Under the pieces are notes generated by a model. It ran no database searches. It was given only the letters and a program-made list of their open reading frames with translations, and was not told the DNA's origin. Below are positions 18,224-27,166 of a stretch of DNA of 62,196 nt, in pieces (the stretch's first letter is position 1; each line of letters opens with the position of its first letter). The position numbers and the translations under genes are program-made. Source of the stretch: Planctomycetota bacterium (GTDB taxonomy: Bacteria > Planctomycetota > UBA8108); assembly GCA_965659285.1 (NCBI GenBank), contig CBFHWB010000003.1:1-62196 (forward strand), in the 5' to 3' direction.

Positions 18224-19192
18224 ATGACATTATCACGAGGCGACCTCCGGGTTATCTCGGCTTCCGTTCTGCTCCTGGCGCTTCTGCAGGCCAGCTCCTG
18301 CGATCACCCCGTCTCCCAGGAGTGGGAAGGAACCATGGAAGAGGGTGGCAAGGTTCTGGCCCGGGTTGGCGACGAGGAGGTTACGGTCGGTGAGTTCAAG
18401 GAGGCGCTCGCCAGGAGCACGGAGAAATATCCCAGGATCTATTCCGGCGAGCGTAAGAGTGAAAGGCTTCTTCGTCACCTGGTTGATGAGGAGGCGCTTT
18501 TCGCCCAGGCGCTGGAGGAGGGCTATGATAAGAACCCAGCGGTGGCCGGCGAACTGCGCAGGCTGGTTGTGGGCGAGTATCTCAAGAAGAAGCTCATGCC
18601 GCTTCTTGATGGGGTGAAGGTGGCTGAGGAGGAGGTGTCGACACACTACAGGGCGAACCTGGAGAGGTACCGGACCCATGAGCTCGTGAGGGCGGCAGTG
18701 ATCTCGTTCAGGATTCCTCCCGGCACGGACGAGACCGGCAGGACCGCGCTTTTCGAGAAGGCCGCCTCTGTCCTTGAGGAGGCCCGAGGTCTGCCCGGCA
18801 GCGTTGCGGGCTTTGGTGAACTCGCGGCCAGGTATTCTGATGATTCGAAGACCAGGGCGGGCGGCGGGGATATCGGCTGGATCGTCAGGTCATCGAAGGG
18901 TTCCGGCCTCGACCCGAACCTCCGCGCTGAGATCATTCAACTTCAGAAGCCAGGAGCGTTGTCCGCGGTGATTGAAACGGATAAGGCTTTTTATCTCGCG
19001 AAGGTGATGGAGCTCAGGCCCGCTCGCCAGCGGCCTCTTTCGGAAGTTCGCTCCGCGGTCCGAGTGATGCTGCTCAACGCCGCCAGGGATGCGGCCCAGG
19101 AAAAGTTCTACCGCGAATTGAGAGCCCGCCGGAAAGTTTCCATCAATCTCGAGCTGCTGGAAAAGCTGGAGAGGCCACCCGCCGCGGATTAG
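18224..19192 (+). CDS. peptidyl-prolyl cis-trans isomerase, parvulin/SurA-like, secreted
   Basis: Signal/lipoprotein-like N-terminus. Parvulin core GGDIGWIVRSS...PGALSAVIETDKAFYLAKV. SD AGGAGCAGGAG lies upstream of the ATG. Confidence 0.8.
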   Translation: MTLSRGDLRVISASVLLLALLQASSCDHPVSQEWEGTMEEGGKVLARVGDEEVTVGEFKEALARSTEKYPRIYSGERKSERLLRHLVDEEALFAQALEEGYDKNPAVAGELRRLVVGEYLKKKLMPLLDGVKVAEEEVSTHYRANLERYRTHELVRAAVISFRIPPGTDETGRTALFEKAASVLEEARGLPGSVAGFGELAARYSDDSKTRAGGGDIGWIVRSSKGSGLDPNLRAEIIQLQKPGALSAVIETDKAFYLAKVMELRPARQRPLSEVRSAVRVMLLNAARDAAQEKFYRELRARRKVSINLELLEKLERPPAAD

Positions 19193-19215
19193 GGCTGGTT
19201 CCCGGCGGCGGGCCG

Positions 19216-20202
19216 CTACCCTCGGACGTCCGGCGGTTCGTTGCTGAAGACGCCTTCGCCGTGATAGGCCGCGCTGAGCGACGCGTAGAGTCCGATCTTT
19301 TCGTCCAGCGCGGCGGGGAGGATTCGGCAACAGGCGAGGGTCTCCTTCCGGGCCTCCCGTTCGAGAGCGCGCTCCATCGCGGGCCGGAGGAATTTTTCGC
19401 AGCGGGTGAAGATGGAACCGATGACGACCAGCTCGGGATTGAGGATGTCGATCACCATGGCCAGCCCCTGGCCGAGGCGGTCGCCGGAGATGTCGAGTAT
19501 TTCGAGGCAGAGAGGGTCTCCGGAGCGGGCGCCGAGTCCCACATCGCGGGCGGTGAGGGCTCCATCTCGGAGACAGGTCTCTTCGGGCCAGGCCGCCCGT
19601 CTGTCGACGGCGAGCTGCTCGATGCCGCCGCCGGAGCAGAACCCCTCGAAGCTGCCGGCCTTGCCGCAGCCGAGAGGGCCATCCGGCGAGAGCCGGATAT
19701 GGCCTATTTCGCCTGCGTAGTTCGAGGAGCCCCTGTAGAGCTCCCCGTTGAGGATCAACCCCGCTCCAAGGCCGGTTCCGAAGGTGAGGAAGAGCAGGTT
19801 CCGGGTGGGCTCGTTTTTCCCCGCGCCGAAGTGATACTCGGCCAGGGCGCCTGCATTGGCATCATTTTCGAGGTGAATGGCCGCCCGGGGAAAGGCCGCG
19901 CTGAAGAGGTCCACGATGGGGACGTCGCGCCAGCCCGGGAGGTTGGCAGGCTCCTGGATCAGGCCGGCTTCCCGGTCCATCGGCGAACCGCAGGAGATGC
20001 CGACAGCCTTTGGATCCGAGCCGCCTCCCGCCGCGGCCTGCCTGCCGGCCTCCTCCAGCAGCAGGTCAACGGTTTCTTTCCAGCCGAGTGAGCCCTTGCC
20101 GGTCGTGAAGGATGCGGATGCAAGCAGTCGGCCCTGCCGGTCCGCTGTGCAGACTGCGCAGGTCGTACCGCCGATATCTATTCCGAGGTAAGTTTCAGCC
20201 AT
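19216..20202 (-). CDS. ROK-family sugar kinase (glucokinase-like, no HTH domain)
   Basis: N-terminal LGIDIGGTTCAV ATP-binding motif. ROK signature region GEIGHIRL and a Cys-containing CGKAGSFEGFCSG block. Confidence 0.85.
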   Translation of the reverse strand: MAETYLGIDIGGTTCAVCTADRQGRLLASASFTTGKGSLGWKETVDLLLEEAGRQAAAGGGSDPKAVGISCGSPMDREAGLIQEPANLPGWRDVPIVDLFSAAFPRAAIHLENDANAGALAEYHFGAGKNEPTRNLLFLTFGTGLGAGLILNGELYRGSSNYAGEIGHIRLSPDGPLGCGKAGSFEGFCSGGGIEQLAVDRRAAWPEETCLRDGALTARDVGLGARSGDPLCLEILDISGDRLGQGLAMVIDILNPELVVIGSIFTRCEKFLRPAMERALEREARKETLACCRILPAALDEKIGLYASLSAAYHGEGVFSNEPPDVRG

Positions 20203-20256
20203 GCCTCTATTGCCGTGACCGCATTGGTCTTCTCCCGTGTGTTCAGTATAGTGTCA

Positions 20257-20273
20257 CTCTATAGCAAGGATCC
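20257..20273. promoter_or_regulatory. 17-bp near-perfect palindrome in divergent spacer (possible operator)
   Basis: TATAGTGTCACTCTATA: 7 of 8 arm positions are complementary around a central C. It lies between the ROK kinase (-) and the M1 peptidase (+). Confidence 0.3.
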
Positions 20274-20349
20274 GGGGGGCGGCCCCTCGATGTGCGTTAC
20301 GACAGGGTAGCAACTGGCGCAGGAAGAGTTTATTGGTAAAGGGCGACGA

Positions 20350-22299
20350 ATGAATTTCTCGATTACCTGGCAGGCCGGGATGGACGAGCCGAAACGGTTT
20401 GTTCAGGGGCGCCTGCCCGAGCTGTTTCTTTTTATCTGCGCTCTCGTGTTCGCCTCAGGATGCGCTGGCCGCCAGCCCACGGGTCCGGCGAGTTTCCCGG
20501 TGAAAGACCCGCACTCTTTCTCAAGGCCGGCGGAGGTTTCCGTTACCCACCTTACCCTCTTTCTCGATGTTGATTTTGAAACCAGGACAATCAAGGGAGA
20601 GGCCGCCTGGCGGATCAGGAACCCGGGCGGCGCCCGCGAGTTGCGGCTCGACACCCGGGGGCTGACGATCAGGCGGGTTCAGCTTCTCGAGGATGGCCGC
20701 ATCTCCGAGGGGAGCTTCCTGCTTGGAGAGCGGAAGCCTCTCCTTGGTCAGTCTCTGCTCGTGCGTATCGAACCGGGGACGAGGGAGGTGTTGATAGCGT
20801 ATGAGACTACGGGAGAGGCCGATGCCCTGCAGTGGCTTGCTGCCCGGCAGACCGCCGGCAAGAAGGAGCCCTTTCTCTTTACCCAATCGCAGGCGATCCT
20901 GGCGCGAACCTGGCTCCCTTGCCAGGACACTCCTGCGGTCAGGTTCACCTATACCGCCGCGGTCGAGGTTCCCGGTTCGCTTTCGGCGGTGATGAGCGCC
21001 GGCCGGAAAGGGGATCCGAAAGAACTGCCGGGCGGAAGAAAACGTTTCCTCTTTGAGATGCCCCAGGCCATCCCGTCATACCTGATGGCCCTGGCGGTAG
21101 GCGATCTCGGATTCCGGCCCCTTGGCAGGCGCTCCGGTGTTTATGCCGAGCCGGCGGTGGTCGAGAGCGCGGCCTGGGAGTTTGCTGATACCGAGAAGAT
21201 GATGGAGGTCTGCGAAGAGCTCTTCGGGCCTTACCGCTGGGGGCGCTACGACATCCTCGTGCTGCCGCCGAGCTTTCCCTTTGGCGGCATGGAAAACCCT
21301 CGCCTCACCTTCGCGACGCCGACCATCCTGGCGGGAGATCGTTCGCTGGTCGCTCTCGTTGCCCACGAGCTGGCCCACTCCTGGTCCGGGAACCTTGTTA
21401 CCAACGCCACCTGGGATGACTTCTGGCTCAACGAAGGCTTTACGGTCTACCTGGAGCACCGGATCATGGAGCGGCTCTACGGCAAAGAATACGATGAGAT
21501 GCTGGCCCGCCTGGGACTCGATGAGCTCAGCGAGACGATCCAGGAGCTGCTTAAAGATAATCCGGCGGATACGCACCTGAAGCTGCGTCTGGACGGCCGT
21601 GATCCAGATGATGGCATGACGGATGTCGCCTACGAGAAGGGTTACCTTTTTCTGAGGATGCTGGAGGAGGCCTTTGGTCGTGAGCGCTGGGATACCTTTC
21701 TGCGTTCCTATTTCGACCGGTTTTCCTTTCAGCCCATGACCACTGAGGGCTTCCTGGCTTTTCTCGACAAGGGTCTGCTGGCGGGTGATCGGACCCTGGC
21801 GAAGAAGCTGAGGATTGATGAATGGGTCTACGGCCCGGGCCTGCCAGCCAACCTTCCCCTGGTGCGTTCGGAGGCGCTCAAGAAAGCGGCCGCAGCCGCA
21901 GGGTATTTCGCCGCCGGCCTTGGAGCTGAGGCTCTGAAGACCGACGGCTGGACGACGCACGAGTGGCTCCACTTCCTGCGCCACCTTCCAGCCGACCTGG
22001 CGGCTGGCCGCCTGGGCGACCTGGACCGGGTGTTCGGGCTCACCGCGTCGAAGAACTCGGAGATTCTCTGCCAGTGGTTCCTGGCCGCTCTCCCCGCCGG
22101 CTACAGTCCGGTGATGAGGCCGCTCGAATCTTTTCTCGTCAATGTCGGCAGGCGAAAGTTTCTCAGCCCGCTCTACAGGGAGCTGGCGAAGACTCCCGGC
22201 GGTCTCAAGCGGGCCCGGGAGATCTACGCCCGGGCCCGTCCGGGCTACCACCCGGTGGCGATCGGGACCATCGATGGGATCCTGGGCTGGAAGGACTGA
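20350..22299 (+). CDS. M1-family metallopeptidase, leukotriene A4 hydrolase/aminopeptidase-like
   Basis: GGMENP exopeptidase motif, the HELAHSWSGN...WLNEGFTVY zincin motif (HEXXH-18-E), and a lipoprotein-type signal ALVFASGCAG. Confidence 0.9.
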   Translation: MNFSITWQAGMDEPKRFVQGRLPELFLFICALVFASGCAGRQPTGPASFPVKDPHSFSRPAEVSVTHLTLFLDVDFETRTIKGEAAWRIRNPGGARELRLDTRGLTIRRVQLLEDGRISEGSFLLGERKPLLGQSLLVRIEPGTREVLIAYETTGEADALQWLAARQTAGKKEPFLFTQSQAILARTWLPCQDTPAVRFTYTAAVEVPGSLSAVMSAGRKGDPKELPGGRKRFLFEMPQAIPSYLMALAVGDLGFRPLGRRSGVYAEPAVVESAAWEFADTEKMMEVCEELFGPYRWGRYDILVLPPSFPFGGMENPRLTFATPTILAGDRSLVALVAHELAHSWSGNLVTNATWDDFWLNEGFTVYLEHRIMERLYGKEYDEMLARLGLDELSETIQELLKDNPADTHLKLRLDGRDPDDGMTDVAYEKGYLFLRMLEEAFGRERWDTFLRSYFDRFSFQPMTTEGFLAFLDKGLLAGDRTLAKKLRIDEWVYGPGLPANLPLVRSEALKKAAAAAGYFAAGLGAEALKTDGWTTHEWLHFLRHLPADLAAGRLGDLDRVFGLTASKNSEILCQWFLAALPAGYSPVMRPLESFLVNVGRRKFLSPLYRELAKTPGGLKRAREIYARARPGYHPVAIGTIDGILGWKD

Positions 22300-22302
22300 A
22301 GC

Positions 22303-23184
22303 TCACTTCTCAGGCGCCTCTTCCTCCCGCAGCCGAAGATATTTCTCGAGCTCAAGCACCTCCTTCAGCTCCTCGAAGCCCATCATATTCTCCTTGAGCG
22401 CCGCCGCGCTTCCATCTCGCAGGAAGGTTTCCGCCAGCGCTTCGACAGCCCGCGCCGCCGCCAGCAGCGTCTCGATCGGCGCGACCACGAACTTGAAGCC
22501 CAGCTCTTCGAGCTCCGAGGCTGTCAGCAAGGGGGTCTTTCCGAAGGAGAGCATGTTGGCGAACTTCGGGTAATGGACCTTCTCGGCAATCGCGGCCAGC
22601 TCTTCTTTTGACTGGGGAGCCTCGACGAAGGCGACGTCGGCCCCGGTAGAACAGTAGCGGTTGATTCTCTCGATGGCCGCGTCGATGCCCTCGCTCTGGC
22701 GCGCATCAGTCCGCGCGAAGATCACGAAATCGTCGTCCCGGCGCGCATCGAGGGCGGCCTCAAGCTTGGCGACCATCTCGTCAGAGGAGATGACCGCGTT
22801 GCCATCGAAGTGGCCGCAGCGTTTCGGAGAAACCTGGTCCTCGAGGAGGATCCCCGCAGCGCCCGCATTTTCAAAGGCTTCAACGCACAGCCTGACATCC
22901 GCCGGCCCTCCGTAGCCAGTGTCTCCATCGGCGATCAGGGGTATTGAGATCCGCCGGGTCATGCGCTCGACCGCCGCGCTCATTTCCTCGAGCGTGAGGA
23001 AATTCAGGTCAGGGAGACCGCGGAGGCTGGCGCTGGCGCCGAAGCCGCCAAGGAAGACCGTTTCGAAGCCGGCGCGTTCGATCAACAACGCAGTTAGAAC
23101 GTCGTGGGCGCCCATGGATCGGATGATTCCGGGCTCCTTGAGAAGGCAGCGTAGTCTTCGAGCCGGTTTTTCTTTCGAGTTCAT
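22303..23184 (-). CDS. isocitrate lyase/PEP mutase superfamily protein (2-methylisocitrate lyase / oxaloacetate decarboxylase-like)
   Basis: ADGDTGYGG and LEDQVSPKRCGHFDG (the K-R-C-G-H lyase-type loop). Confidence 0.85.
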   Translation of the reverse strand: MNSKEKPARRLRCLLKEPGIIRSMGAHDVLTALLIERAGFETVFLGGFGASASLRGLPDLNFLTLEEMSAAVERMTRRISIPLIADGDTGYGGPADVRLCVEAFENAGAAGILLEDQVSPKRCGHFDGNAVISSDEMVAKLEAALDARRDDDFVIFARTDARQSEGIDAAIERINRYCSTGADVAFVEAPQSKEELAAIAEKVHYPKFANMLSFGKTPLLTASELEELGFKFVVAPIETLLAAARAVEALAETFLRDGSAAALKENMMGFEELKEVLELEKYLRLREEEAPEK

Positions 23185-23282
23185 TTCCAGGCCTTCCCCT
23201 GCCGTTCATTCTCGCATGCCCGCTTTATTGCCCGCATGCTATGCTGTCGCTTACAGTCTAACTTGACTTGAGGAATGAACAA

Positions 23283-24053
23283 ATGCCCGGAATAGATCTC
23301 TTTCGTCTGGATGGAAAGGTAGCGCTTGTTACCGGAGGCACCAAGGGGTTGGGGCGCAGCATGGCCGATGGGCTTGCTGCCGCGGGAGCCGATGTCGTTA
23401 TCTGCAGCCGCAACGGTGAAGAGGCCGAGGGTGAGGCGGCTCTCCTGGGCGAGGAGACCGGCAGGCGGACCCTCGGTGTCCGTTGTGACGTGACGGAGCC
23501 TGAAGAGGTCGAGGCTCTTGTTGAGGCGACCGTTTCGAAGCTGGGGCGCCTTGATATTCTTATCAACAACGCCGGGATCAACATCCGCAACCCGATCGAG
23601 GAATTGTCGCTGGAAGAGTTTGAAGAGGTGATGCGCGTCAATGTTCGCGGCCCCTGGCTCTGCTCCAGGGCGGCGATCCCTCACATGCGGACGGGCGGTT
23701 ACGGACGAGTGATCAATATGGGCAGCACGCTGAGCGTGGTAGGGGTTCCGGGCCGCACTCCCTATGCATCGAGCAAGGGGGCGGTTGCGCAGATGACGCG
23801 TGTTCTCGCGCTCGAGTGGGCAGAGGAGGGGATCACCGCCAACGCGATCTGCCCCGGACCGTTTTTGACTCCGATGAACGAGCCGATCGTGGGTCAGCCC
23901 GAAACGGAGCGTTTTATTCTCGGCGAGGTGCCGATGGCCCGGTGGGGTGAGATGACCGAGATCCAGGGGGCGGCGATCTTCCTGGCGAGCGCGGCCTCAA
24001 GCTACGTCACCGGGGCGACCCTGTTTGTCGATGGCGGGTGGACCGCCCACTGA
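23283..24053 (+). CDS. SDR-family oxidoreductase (gluconate 5-dehydrogenase-like)
   Basis: TGGTKGLG cofactor motif, NNAG, and the YASSK catalytic motif. ATG 23283 is preceded by GAGGAA. The ORF-track start at 23268 is a TTG. Confidence 0.9.
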   Translation: MPGIDLFRLDGKVALVTGGTKGLGRSMADGLAAAGADVVICSRNGEEAEGEAALLGEETGRRTLGVRCDVTEPEEVEALVEATVSKLGRLDILINNAGINIRNPIEELSLEEFEEVMRVNVRGPWLCSRAAIPHMRTGGYGRVINMGSTLSVVGVPGRTPYASSKGAVAQMTRVLALEWAEEGITANAICPGPFLTPMNEPIVGQPETERFILGEVPMARWGEMTEIQGAAIFLASAASSYVTGATLFVDGGWTAH

Positions 24054-24071
24054 GGGCGCCTCACCACGGGC

Positions 24072-24113
24072 ATAAAAAAGAGAGGCGAAGCTCGAAAGCT
24101 CCGCCTCTCTTTG
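24072..24113 (-). terminator. intrinsic terminator (bidirectional geometry, strong U-tract on the minus strand)
   Basis: AGAGAGGCG (24079..24087) pairs with CGCCTCTCT (24102..24110), with an inner AGCT-CGAA-AGCT. On the minus strand the hairpin is followed by TTTTTTAT. Confidence 0.6.
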
Positions 24114-24136
24114 ACGTTCGGATTCGGTTGGAAGAA

Positions 24137-25015
24137 TTACTTCTTCTTGGCCGAGTTGCCGTACTTGCCGGGCATTCCGAAGTCGTATTTGTAACGCTTG
24201 ATGCCGAGCTTGGTGAACTCATACGCATCGAACTTTTCGAAAGGAACAAAGGGACGGGCCGCCATGCGTTCATGAACGACCTGGTCGACGAGCTTGACGC
24301 CCTTGACGAAGCCCTTGCTGCCTCGAGTGAAGTCGCTGGTGTTGTTCTTGACGTACTTGACATCAAAGCCCTGCAGCTTGGCGCCCTCTACGAGGCCGTA
24401 GTTGTGGCCGTGGGCTTTCTGCAGGTGCATATCGAGGAACTTCTCGTTGCGGTCCGCGTTCGAGATGCTCTTGTTGAAGGCGAGGTTGCCGAGCTTGACG
24501 GCGAATCCGGCCTGCGTGTAGAAGTCGGCGGCGTTCCAGTAGCCGGGCAGGCAGTGAACGACACGACCATCGGGGGTCATGAAGTACATCTGGATGTTTC
24601 GGCCGCCGGAGCAGGTGTTGATGTTCTTGGCTGCGTAAGAAGGCATGTGGGTATTGGATACGCCAGCGTAGTTCTTCCTGCCCTTGATGTTCTGCCAGCC
24701 GGAGACGAACGCGGTGTTGATCTGGTTAATGACCTTGTCGTTAGAGAGCGTCACGGCTCTCAGTGAGTGGCCGGCACTTCACAATCCGCCATCGATATCA
24801 CCGACGATATCGACCCAGAAGATCATCTTCTTCTCAGCCTGGGCCTTTTTCTTGAGCTCATTGAAGTTTTTGCTCCAGTTGATTTTCGACATCATTTTGT
24901 CGACGTTAAGCTTTACCTGCTCACCGGTGACGGTTTTGTAGGCCACGTTCTGAGCATGGAGGGCACCGGTCATAAACAGCACCGCGAAGGCTGCTACGGT
25001 CAGTTTCCTAAGCAT
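24137..25015 (-). CDS. candidate selenoprotein: secreted thioredoxin-fold protein with in-frame TGA at 24779..24781 (alternative: nonsense pseudogene)
   Basis: ORFs 24779..25015 and 24137..24754 share one frame. They are separated by a single TGA plus 8 sense codons. SD AAAGGAG lies 7 nt before ATG 25015, followed by a signal peptide. The TGA falls at the thioredoxin active-site position (IFWVDIVGDIDGGL-U-SAGHSLRAVTLSNDKVINQINTAFVSG). Confidence 0.5.
24744..24761 (-). other. candidate bacterial SECIS-like hairpin
   Basis: The mRNA forms GAGAGC-CGUGAC-GCUCUC starting 17 nt after the UGA. It is a perfect 6-bp stem with a 6-nt loop containing GU. Confidence 0.3.
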
Positions 25016-25067
25016 TTCAAAGCTCCTTTCAAAAGGTTCCTGAAAAGTTCAGATAAGAGTTAGGGTC

Positions 25068-25088
25068 TAAAAAAGTGATGGATACCAC
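25068..25088 (-). terminator. weak intrinsic terminator after the FHA gene
   Basis: Minus-strand GTGGT-ATCC-ATCAC hairpin (one G-U pair) followed by TTTTTTAG. Confidence 0.35.
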
Positions 25089-25138
25089 AACACTTTACCG
25101 TGAGATCTTAAAAGTGTCGAGAAAAACACCAGAAAACA

Positions 25139-27166
25139 TCAATTTGTCGCGCTATCGCCATTTTCTTTCCACCAGGCTTCCCAGATCTTTTTATTATCCC
25201 CGAGATTGACTCCGGTAATTGACGCAAGTGCTGATTTTACAAGGCCTTTGAGTTCCTGGTCAGGGCTTGAGAGGCTCTTGATCAGGGCAGGGACAGCCTG
25301 CAGGGCGTTCGCTTTTGAGAAGGCTCCAACCATTTTACGCTGCATGTTCGGGTCTCTACTCTTCGAATAGACCGATGTGAGGTGTTTTGTCGATTCTACC
25401 GAGGTCAGTCGTTCAAAGCCGCCTCCAAGAGCTTCCTGGAAAGCATCGAGCCGTCGTTTCTGGTCTTTCTTGATCTCGATCTTTTTCTCGGATAATTCCA
25501 GCAGGCGCTGCAACTGTTCGAGGTAATGATTGTGCCGCCCTCCGTAGTAGCCGCCGCCGGACTTATACTTGTCCTTGTTGATTTTGTAGGCATTGTCCGT
25601 CAGAGCCTTGATGCGTCTTTTCAGGAAGGATGACGTTTTTTCCATCTTGGAGCGGAGTTCGCTCGAGTAGGCGTAGACCTCTACCAGTCCCCTGGCTCCA
25701 TCTTTGCCGGTTGCCCGGAGCAGTTCGGTAAGGTCGGGATCGAGATCGGCCGGGCTCGCCACAGGCAGGCCGTAATTACCGACGGTCTCTTTGAGCCGTT
25801 CGATCAGGGCGGCATAATCCTTCTTCGACAGCTCTACTTTTTGCGGGATCCTGGCTACGGCGGTTTGCCGTGAATCCTCGTCATCTTCGACATTGAGAAT
25901 CCGGTTGCCGTTTTCGTTCATCACGGCGGTGCGCCTGGCGATCGAGGCTTCAATCTTTGACGTGTCTGTCCCTCCAGTGAGCCCGCCGTATTGGTCCAGG
26001 TTGCCCTGGAGGTTGTCGCGCTCCTTGATCAGGGAGGCTATCAGTTCCCGGGTCTCAGCTATATTGCCGCTGCCGGGGGCCGGGGTGATTGATTCGTCGG
26101 AGGGGGCCGCGGAGGCGAGTTCCTCCGCGGTCTCAGGCTCCTCCCGATTTTCACCCGCGGGCGCGGGCGTTGTCTGCTTGGCTTGCTCCAGGGCCGCAAG
26201 CATCTGCTGCAGTTTCGCAATCTGGACATTCGTATTGTTGAGGCGGGCCTTCAGGGCGGTCTCGCGTTCGGTCAGCCTCTTTTCCGCCGCTGATTGCTGT
26301 CGCTGGACAATCTGGGCGCTTTCATTGGTCATGCGCTTGGAAACGACGGAGACGACAATCAGCAGCAGGATCAGAATGCCTGCTCCGATGGCCAGGTTGA
26401 CTCCGGGATTAGCGCCGGATTTTGCCGCGGCACCGGGAGTGGAGCTGGTTGTCTTCGGCTTCGGGGCGATCAGCTTGCGTTTGCGGCGCTTGATCTTCTT
26501 CTTGGCTTTCGCCGGGGCCGGTTCGGCTGGAGCGGGGTTGAAGGTGACCGGCTGCTGGTCGGGGGCCGGGTAGTTTTGCGTGGGTTGCTGTGGGGGATAC
26601 GGTTGCTGCTGCTGCGGCGGTTGACCCTGCTGTGGGGGATACGGCTGCTGCTGCTGTGGCGGTTGACCCTGCTGTGGGGGATACGGCTGCTGAGGATAGG
26701 GTTGTTCCGCGGCGGGCTGCTGCCAGGGCGGAGCCTGCTGAATGCCGGGGTCGGCCGCCGGCATGGGAGCCTGGGGATTTTCTACGGGTACCGCCCCGGG
26801 TATCGGGGAGACATCTCCCTGCTGCGAGGAGGTGGCGGCCCTGGGGCCAGAGCAGCCGCGGTAGACGATCTCCATGCGTCCGACGAAGAGAACATCCTGG
26901 TCACGCAAAATCCTGCCGTTGGCCTTCTTGCTGCGTTTCTTGCCGTGCCGTTGGATCTGGGTGGGGTTGCCGGTTCGATTGTCGAAGATCAGTACCCGGT
27001 CACCATCTCGTTCAACCAGGCAATGACTTCTGGACACACTTTTTTCACGCAGCTTGACCTCGTTGGAGCTTGCACGTCCAATATGCGTTTTTCCTTCCGG
27101 CAGCGGGAAGGTCCGGTCACCATTCTCCTCTCGGATAATAAGATGATGGTCCATTCCGGATCCCAT
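25139..27166 (-). CDS. FHA-domain membrane protein with P/Q-rich repeat, coiled coil and C-terminal HEAT-like repeats
   Basis: FHA core THIGRASSNEVKLREKSVSRSHCLVERDGDRVLIFDNRTGNPT. QQGQPPQQQQPYPP repeats, one TM (GVNLAIGAGILILLLIVVSVV), then a long helical region ending in VPALIKSLSSPDQELKGLV. The start is uncertain: ATG 27166 or 27154, or TTG 27199. Confidence 0.8.
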   Translation of the reverse strand: MGSGMDHHLIIREENGDRTFPLPEGKTHIGRASSNEVKLREKSVSRSHCLVERDGDRVLIFDNRTGNPTQIQRHGKKRSKKANGRILRDQDVLFVGRMEIVYRGCSGPRAATSSQQGDVSPIPGAVPVENPQAPMPAADPGIQQAPPWQQPAAEQPYPQQPYPPQQGQPPQQQQPYPPQQGQPPQQQQPYPPQQPTQNYPAPDQQPVTFNPAPAEPAPAKAKKKIKRRKRKLIAPKPKTTSSTPGAAAKSGANPGVNLAIGAGILILLLIVVSVVSKRMTNESAQIVQRQQSAAEKRLTERETALKARLNNTNVQIAKLQQMLAALEQAKQTTPAPAGENREEPETAEELASAAPSDESITPAPGSGNIAETRELIASLIKERDNLQGNLDQYGGLTGGTDTSKIEASIARRTAVMNENGNRILNVEDDEDSRQTAVARIPQKVELSKKDYAALIERLKETVGNYGLPVASPADLDPDLTELLRATGKDGARGLVEVYAYSSELRSKMEKTSSFLKRRIKALTDNAYKINKDKYKSGGGYYGGRHNHYLEQLQRLLELSEKKIEIKKDQKRRLDAFQEALGGGFERLTSVESTKHLTSVYSKSRDPNMQRKMVGAFSKANALQAVPALIKSLSSPDQELKGLVKSALASITGVNLGDNKKIWEAWWKENGDSATN
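26588..26693. repeat. 42-bp tandem repeat, about 2.5 copies, inside the FHA gene
   Basis: CTGTGGGGGATACGG(T/C)TGCTGCTGCTG(C/T)GGCGGTTGACCCTG occurs at 26588..26629 and 26630..26671, with a partial third copy to 26693. It encodes the QQGQPPQQQQPYPP units. Confidence 0.85.

Noticed and set aside
22303-23184. Possible PEP mutase (phosphonate biosynthesis), given the nearby phn catabolic operon
   Set aside because: The active-site loop reads EDQVSPKRCGH, the isocitrate/methylisocitrate-lyase type. The EDK....NS loop I associate with PEP mutase is absent. The gene is also 4 kb from the phn operon, with unrelated genes between.
24038-24766. 242-aa plus-strand ORF overlapping the thioredoxin-like gene
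   Set aside because: It is antisense to an ORF with signal peptide, SD and thioredoxin-fold pattern. Its translation is a V/L/E/G-rich sequence without motifs, and it reads through the 24079..24110 terminator hairpin.
26588-26693. Tandem repeat that might be mistaken for a CRISPR array or minisatellite
   Set aside because: The repeats are contiguous with no spacers, 42 bp long (a multiple of 3) and in frame within the FHA gene. They encode the QQGQPPQQQQPYPP units.
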